Positions 59,146 to 64,000 of a stretch of 64,000 bases of DNA are shown here, piece by piece. Position 1 is the first letter of the stretch, and each line of letters begins with the position of its first letter. Both the position numbers and the translations under genes were made by a program. The stretch lies in the NCBI GenBank assembly GCA_965248825.1, contig CBDFKL010000004.1, positions 18,910-82,909 on the forward strand, in the 5' to 3' direction. This DNA comes from Alphaproteobacteria bacterium. Lineage in GTDB: Bacteria; Pseudomonadota; Alphaproteobacteria; UBA828. The notes beneath the pieces were generated by a model that was given only the letters and a program-made list of their open reading frames with translations, searched no databases and was not told where the DNA came from.

Positions 59146-60701
59146 GGTTCTCTCTCGTCCTCTTTCGGTGCACCGGTGCACCCATTGTCGGCTTCGTAAT
59201 CGCCCGCGATCAACAGGCGGCGCAGGATCTTGCCGACCGGCGATTTCGGGATGGCGCGGACGAATATGTAGGCGCGCGGCCGCTTGAAGTCGGCGAGGGC
59301 CGAGGAGCGGCAGTGGGCGTCGAGCGCATGGGCGTCGACCGGGCGGGTGCGGGTGACGAACGCGGCGACCTTCTGCCCCCAACGCTCGTCTGGCAGGCCC
59401 GCCACCGCGACCTCCGCCACCGCCGGGTGGCCCCCTAAGACGCTCTCAATCTCGATCGGCAGCACGTTCTCGCCGCCGGTGATGATCATGTCGTCCACCC
59501 GCCCCGTCACGAACAGATCGCCGTCCGCGTCGCAATAGCCGACATCGCCGGTGAAGTACCAGCCCTGCTTCAGCGCGCGGGCGTCGGCGTCCGGCCGCTG
59601 CCAATAGCCGGCGAAGGCCTCGTCGCTCTCAAGGCTGGCGATCACCTCGCCCTCGGTGCCGGGCGCGACGGTTCGGTTCGGATCGTTCGCACCGATCTCG
59701 ACCACGCGAATGCGCTGGTTGATGCCGGCCTTGCCGGCCGAGCCGGGCTTGGCGCGCGCGTCTTGCGCGATGGTGAAGCTGTAGATCTCCGATGAGCCGT
59801 AGTGGTTGACGAACAGCTCGGGCTCGAAGGCGTCCGTGACACGGCGCAGCAGGGTCTCGGTCATCGGCGCCCCGGCAAAGCCGAGCCTGCGCACAGACGA
59901 GATGTCGGCGCTCGGAAAAACCGTGCTCGCCAGCAGATCGTGATACAGCGTCGGAACCAGATAAAGGCTGGTGATTCGCTCGGTCTCGATCAGCCGGAGC
60001 GCCCGGGTTGCCTCGAAGCGAGGCTGGCAGACGAACGCGCCGTTGAGCAGGGCCATAGCGAGAAGCGCGCGCACGCCCATGGTGTGGTAGAGCGGCATGA
60101 CGCCGAGCGTGCGCTCGCCCGCGCGGTAGCAATTCTGCGCGATATGGGCGAGCGCGGCCGAACGCTCGGCATGATGGCTCCGCGGCACGCCCTTGCTGCG
60201 CCCGGTCGTGCCCGAGGTGTAGAGAATGAGCGAGAGATCGCCCGTGCTCGCGCGAGGCCCGGCGAGCGGCTGCGCCTCGCGGAGCCCGGTGAAATCGAGC
60301 GCACCCTCGGGCACCTCACCGACCGCGATCCGACGAAGCCTGGCGGTGCGGGCCGACCCGGCGACGGCGGCCGCTGCGACATCGTCGAAGGCCAGCGCGG
60401 AGGCGCCGGAATCGAGGAGGAAGAAATCGAGCTCGTCCGCATTGACCCGCCAGTTGAGCGGCACCATGACGAGCCCGGCGAGTTGGCACGCCCAGTGGAG
60501 CGCCGCCATTTCCCATCGATTTTGCAGGACGACGCAAAGCCGGTCTCCGTGCTCGAGCCCGAGCTCGGCTAGGCCGCCGGCGAGGCGGCCCGCGATGTCG
60601 AACCAGGCGGCGTAGTCGAACCGCTCGACACCGTCGACGACGGCGATGGCCTGCGGATCACGTTCGACCGCCGCGATCAGCGTGCGCCCGAGGTCAAGCA
60701 T
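59142..60701 (-). CDS. AMP-forming acyl-CoA synthetase (HmfD-like furoyl-CoA synthetase candidate)
   Basis: 519 aa. The AMP-binding motif is seen as LILYTSGTTGRSKGV, with YFTGD and the C-terminal K of ANL enzymes. Confidence 0.85.
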   Translation of the reverse strand: MLDLGRTLIAAVERDPQAIAVVDGVERFDYAAWFDIAGRLAGGLAELGLEHGDRLCVVLQNRWEMAALHWACQLAGLVMVPLNWRVNADELDFFLLDSGASALAFDDVAAAAVAGSARTARLRRIAVGEVPEGALDFTGLREAQPLAGPRASTGDLSLILYTSGTTGRSKGVPRSHHAERSAALAHIAQNCYRAGERTLGVMPLYHTMGVRALLAMALLNGAFVCQPRFEATRALRLIETERITSLYLVPTLYHDLLASTVFPSADISSVRRLGFAGAPMTETLLRRVTDAFEPELFVNHYGSSEIYSFTIAQDARAKPGSAGKAGINQRIRVVEIGANDPNRTVAPGTEGEVIASLESDEAFAGYWQRPDADARALKQGWYFTGDVGYCDADGDLFVTGRVDDMIITGGENVLPIEIESVLGGHPAVAEVAVAGLPDERWGQKVAAFVTRTRPVDAHALDAHCRSSALADFKRPRAYIFVRAIPKSPVGKILRRLLIAGDYEADNGCTGAPKEDEREP

Positions 60702-61197
60702 CCTCGCCCCGTTGCGCAGTCGCGACCTCGAGCGCCGCCGCGACGATCCCGGAATAGCCCGTGCATCGGCACAGGTGGCCGCTGAGGAGCGCGCGGATCG
60801 CGTGCTCGTCGGGCACCGGCTTGGTCGCGAGATAGGCGCTGAGGGACATCAGGATGCCGGGCGTGCAGAAGCCGCATTGGAGCGCGTGGTGGCGGCGAAA
60901 TGCGGCCTGCAGATCGGTCAATGTCTCGGGGTTTGGCGACAGCCCTTCCACCGTGTCGACGCGCCGACCGTCCGCCTGGACCGCGAGCGTCAGGCAGGCG
61001 CGCACCGGGGCGCCGTCGAGGTGAACCGTGCAGGCGCCGCAGACACCGTGCTCGCAGCCGACATGGACTCCGGTCGCTCCCAGCTCGTGGCGTAGGAAAT
61101 CGCTCAGCAATGTCCGCGGCTCGGCCCAGCCGCCGGCGCCGCGGCCATTGAGGGTGAGGTCGACCCGGTAGCGCTCGTCCTGGGTCAGCCTCGACAT
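60694..61197 (-). CDS. (2Fe-2S)-binding small subunit of a molybdenum hydroxylase
   Basis: CEHGVCGACTV, CGFCTPG and CRCTGY clusters. Confidence 0.9.
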   Translation of the reverse strand: MSRLTQDERYRVDLTLNGRGAGGWAEPRTLLSDFLRHELGATGVHVGCEHGVCGACTVHLDGAPVRACLTLAVQADGRRVDTVEGLSPNPETLTDLQAAFRRHHALQCGFCTPGILMSLSAYLATKPVPDEHAIRALLSGHLCRCTGYSGIVAAALEVATAQRGEDA

Positions 61198-62012
61198 GAC
61201 TGCGCCTCCAGCACGGTCTTTCTGCCGAGACGCCGGACCAGCTCGCGCCGATAGCGCGCGCTGGCATGGCTGTCGTCGGCCGCGTCGAGGGACCAGGCGA
61301 GCTCGTTGAGCGCGTCGTCGAGGGCGTCGCCCGAAAGCGCCGGCCAGTCGCGAATGGCCGGTCGGTCCGCGACGCCGCCGATGCCGACCCGCAGACCGTC
61401 GGCGTTCGCGATCGCGGCAACCGCGACGATCGCGAAATCGCCGTGCCGCCGCGCGAATTCGGCGAAGGCGTAGCCGGCGCCCGTCTCGGCGGTCGGGACG
61501 CGCACGGCCGCGACCATCTCGTCCGGACGGCAGGCGGTCGAGAGCATGCCGGTCTGGAACGCCGACGCAGGCAGAGTCCTGCTATCGCGGCGCGATCTGA
61601 GAACGACCTCGCCGTCGAGCGTCGCGAGGCAGAGCGGCAGCTCCGCGCTCGGGTCGGCGAACGCGATCGAGCCGCACACGGTGCCTCGGCTGCGGGTCTG
61701 AACATGGCCGACGAAGGGCAGCGCCTGCGCAAGCAGGGGCGCCCGGCGGGCGAGCGCCGGCCAGGCTTCGAGGTCCGCCTGGGTCACCGCCGCGCCGATT
61801 TCGATGGCGGTGCGATCATCGCGGATGTCGGCGTGATTCCCGAGTCGTGATATGTCGATGAGGACCGACGGCTCGACCAGACGCATATTGAGCATCGGCA
61901 TCAGAGTCTGGCCGCCGGCAAGCAGCCGCGCGTCGTCGCCCGCTTCGGCCAGCGCGTCGAGCGCCTCGTGCTCGTCGTTCGCGAGCACATAGTCGAAGGG
62001 CGGCGGCTTCAC
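61185..62012 (-). CDS. FAD-binding medium subunit of a molybdenum hydroxylase
   Basis: FDYVLANDEHEALDAL...LLAGGQTL...TRSRGTVCGS. GTG 62012 overlaps the large-subunit stop (GTGA). Confidence 0.85.
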   Translation of the reverse strand: MKPPPFDYVLANDEHEALDALAEAGDDARLLAGGQTLMPMLNMRLVEPSVLIDISRLGNHADIRDDRTAIEIGAAVTQADLEAWPALARRAPLLAQALPFVGHVQTRSRGTVCGSIAFADPSAELPLCLATLDGEVVLRSRRDSRTLPASAFQTGMLSTACRPDEMVAAVRVPTAETGAGYAFAEFARRHGDFAIVAVAAIANADGLRVGIGGVADRPAIRDWPALSGDALDDALNELAWSLDAADDSHASARYRRELVRRLGRKTVLEAQSCRG

Positions 62013-64000
62013 GGCTCGCGGCCGGGCAGGGGCCGCCGTCGCGGGCCGGCTCGCGGCACCTCACGGTGTCGTGGTGCTTCCTCCGCCGCCGAGGGCGCAG
62101 GCGACGCGGGCTCCGGGCCGTGGATCAGGGCGCTGATCCGGGACGGGGTCAGGGGCAGGTCGAGGCGGGCTGCGCCGAGCGCGTCGGCGACGGCATTGGC
62201 GAGGCAGACCGGGGTCGTCATGCAATTGCCCTCGCCGACTCCCTTCGCGCCGAGCGGGGTCACCGGGCTCGGCGTGTCATGGTGGAGGATCACCGGATCG
62301 GGAATCTCGCAGGCCGTCGGCACCAGATAGTCGGCGAGCGTGCCGGACAGGAAGCTCCCGTCCTCGTCATAGATGAACTCTTCATAGAGCGCGGCGCCGA
62401 CGGCATGGGCGAAGGCACCGCGGATCTGCCCATCGACCAGGGCCGGGTTGAGGCGGCGGCCGGCATCGTGGGTGGTGACGTAGCGATCGATGGCGACGGC
62501 GCCGGTGACGGGGTCGATCTCGACGCCGCAGAAATCGAAGATGAACCCGTAGGCCGCCGAGCTGTTGATCAGATCGTCGTCGGTCGGCGGCGCGAGCACC
62601 GGCGGCGTCCAACTCGCGGTCTCGTAGACGGCGGCAGGCACCCCCTGCGGCAGGCTGCTCGGCGACCAATGGGCAAGCGCTGCGATCCGGCGGAAGTCGA
62701 GGGCGTTATCGGGATTGTCGGCGGCGACGATCTTGCCGGCTTCGAACCTGAGCGCCTCGGGCGCCGTGTTGAGCCTCTGGCTCGCGATCCGGGCCAGGCG
62801 CTCTTTGATCCGCTCGGCGGCCAAGTGCGCCGCGCCGGCGACGGCGCCTGAGAAGCGGCTCGAATAGTTGCCGGCCGCGATCGACCAAGGATCCTTTTGC
62901 GTGTCGTGTTCGAGATTGACCGTAATTCGGGCCGGCTCAAGGCCGAGGGAGGCGCCCACGACCTGCGCGAGCGCGGTGCGGTGGCCTTGACCCTGCGGCA
63001 GTGAGTCGGCGGTGACGGTGACGCCTCCCAGGGGATCCACGGCGACCGTGGCGTGGGCGACGGCGCCGTCCTTCGGGCCGGCGGCGCGGCGGTCCTCCGC
63101 GCTGAGTACGGTGGTGATATAGCCCATATTGGAAATGCTGGGCTCGACCGCCGCGGCATAGCCGATGCCGTACAGCCGGCCGCCGGCGCGCGACGCCTCG
63201 CGCTTCGCGCGGAGCGCGTCGAGTCCGCCCCCGGCGACGGCGTGGTCGACGGCGCCGTGGAAATCTCCCGAGTCCAGGCTGGCACCGGCGGCGGCGCGAT
63301 AGGGGAAGGCCTCGCCCGGCACCAGATTGCGGGTGATCACGTCGAGCGGGTCGAGCTCGAGGGTGACCGCAATCCGTTGCATCAGCCGTTCGAGCGCGTA
63401 GTAGAGCTGCGGTCCGCCGAAACCGCGGTTGAGACCGGAGGGAGTCTTGTTGGTCACGACGACCCGATTCGTCACCGCGAGATGGGCGATGCGGTAGGGA
63501 CCGGTGAGATTGCCGTGGTTGCGATAGAGCGTCGCGGGCTCGGGCGCGCGCAGATAGGCGCCGCAATCCTCGAGCTGATCGAGGCGCAACGCCGTGACCG
63601 TACCGTCGGCCTCGACCGCCGCTTGGATGCGGGTCACCCGGTTGGTCGCCGACGTCGCGGCCAGCAGATGTTCGAGCCGGTCCTCGATCCACTTGACCGG
63701 TCTTGCGGCCTTCCGCGCGGCGAGCGCCATCGCGACGATGGAGGGGAAGATCGCCTGCTTAACCCCGAAGCTGCCGCCGGAATCGGGCGGCGAGCGCAGT
63801 CGGAGCCGCGGCCCCGGTACCTTGAGCGCCCGTGCCATGACCGGGTGCAGCGCCAACGGACCCTGAAAGTTGGAGAGCACGTCATAACCGCCGTCGCCGG
63901 GATGATAGGAGGCAATCAAGCCGAGGCACTCGATCGGCGTACACGCATTGCGCGGATAGCGCACGGTGGTCTCGATTCGGTTGGCCGCTCTTGCGAACGC
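62009..64000 (-). CDS. Xanthine-dehydrogenase-family molybdopterin-binding large subunit (HmfA-like candidate), 5' end outside window
   Basis: The frame stays open to the window edge (...AFARAANRIETTVRYPRNACTPIE...). GGSFGVK and NRGFGGPQ motifs. The printed last sequence line is one base short; the ORF track implies a g at 63961. Confidence 0.85.
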   Translation of the reverse strand, partial: AFARAANRIETTVRYPRNACTPIECLGLIASYHPGDGGYDVLSNFQGPLALHPVMARALKVPGPRLRLRSPPDSGGSFGVKQAIFPSIVAMALAARKAARPVKWIEDRLEHLLAATSATNRVTRIQAAVEADGTVTALRLDQLEDCGAYLRAPEPATLYRNHGNLTGPYRIAHLAVTNRVVVTNKTPSGLNRGFGGPQLYYALERLMQRIAVTLELDPLDVITRNLVPGEAFPYRAAAGASLDSGDFHGAVDHAVAGGGLDALRAKREASRAGGRLYGIGYAAAVEPSISNMGYITTVLSAEDRRAAGPKDGAVAHATVAVDPLGGVTVTADSLPQGQGHRTALAQVVGASLGLEPARITVNLEHDTQKDPWSIAAGNYSSRFSGAVAGAAHLAAERIKERLARIASQRLNTAPEALRFEAGKIVAADNPDNALDFRRIAALAHWSPSSLPQGVPAAVYETASWTPPVLAPPTDDDLINSSAAYGFIFDFCGVEIDPVTGAVAIDRYVTTHDAGRRLNPALVDGQIRGAFAHAVGAALYEEFIYDEDGSFLSGTLADYLVPTACEIPDPVILHHDTPSPVTPLGAKGVGEGNCMTTPVCLANAVADALGAARLDLPLTPSRISALIHGPEPASPAPSAAEEAPRHREVPRAGPRRRPLPGREP

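Overview
Densely coding, visibly GC-rich chromosomal window of about 60 genes. The gene content and order look alphaproteobacterial (icd / alaS / recA / dtd; histone-deacetylase-like gene next to xseB-ispA-tlyA; nnr; DegP-type protease; gloA). All family assignments come from motifs and synteny read by eye. No BLAST or HMM search was run.

Main content:
- Core housekeeping genes as listed above.
- Two separate xanthine-dehydrogenase-family molybdenum hydroxylase operons. One has coxMSL order and is followed by AtuA/DUF1446-type genes. The other has L-M-S-ligase-hydratase order, like hmfABCDE of the furoyl-CoA pathway.
- A two-subunit hydroquinone-1,2-dioxygenase-like cluster with an aldehyde dehydrogenase and a two-subunit CoA-transferase.
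- A sugar-type ABC transporter operon.
- Two amidases, an APH-like kinase plus class-III aminotransferase pair, and a CaiB/MaoC/GH88 group.

Mobile and decay signals:
- Two nearly identical 1.35-kb rve-type IS copies with unusually long target duplications (19-20 and 16 bp). One copy carries a 49-bp perfect palindrome and a 25-bp deletion in its left inverted repeat.
- A phage-integrase N-terminal remnant.
- An IS5-like transposase remnant beside a diverged duplication of the nnr 3' end, which together bracket a 2OG-Fe(II) oxygenase gene.
- Four genes disrupted by single-base frameshifts or an in-frame stop.

The most interesting candidate is at 55.6-64 kb. There the hmfABCDE-like operon is translationally chained to larC-larE-larB (nickel-pincer cofactor synthesis), and no LarA-type client enzyme is visible anywhere in the window.

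No rRNA, tRNA or CRISPR array was recognised.
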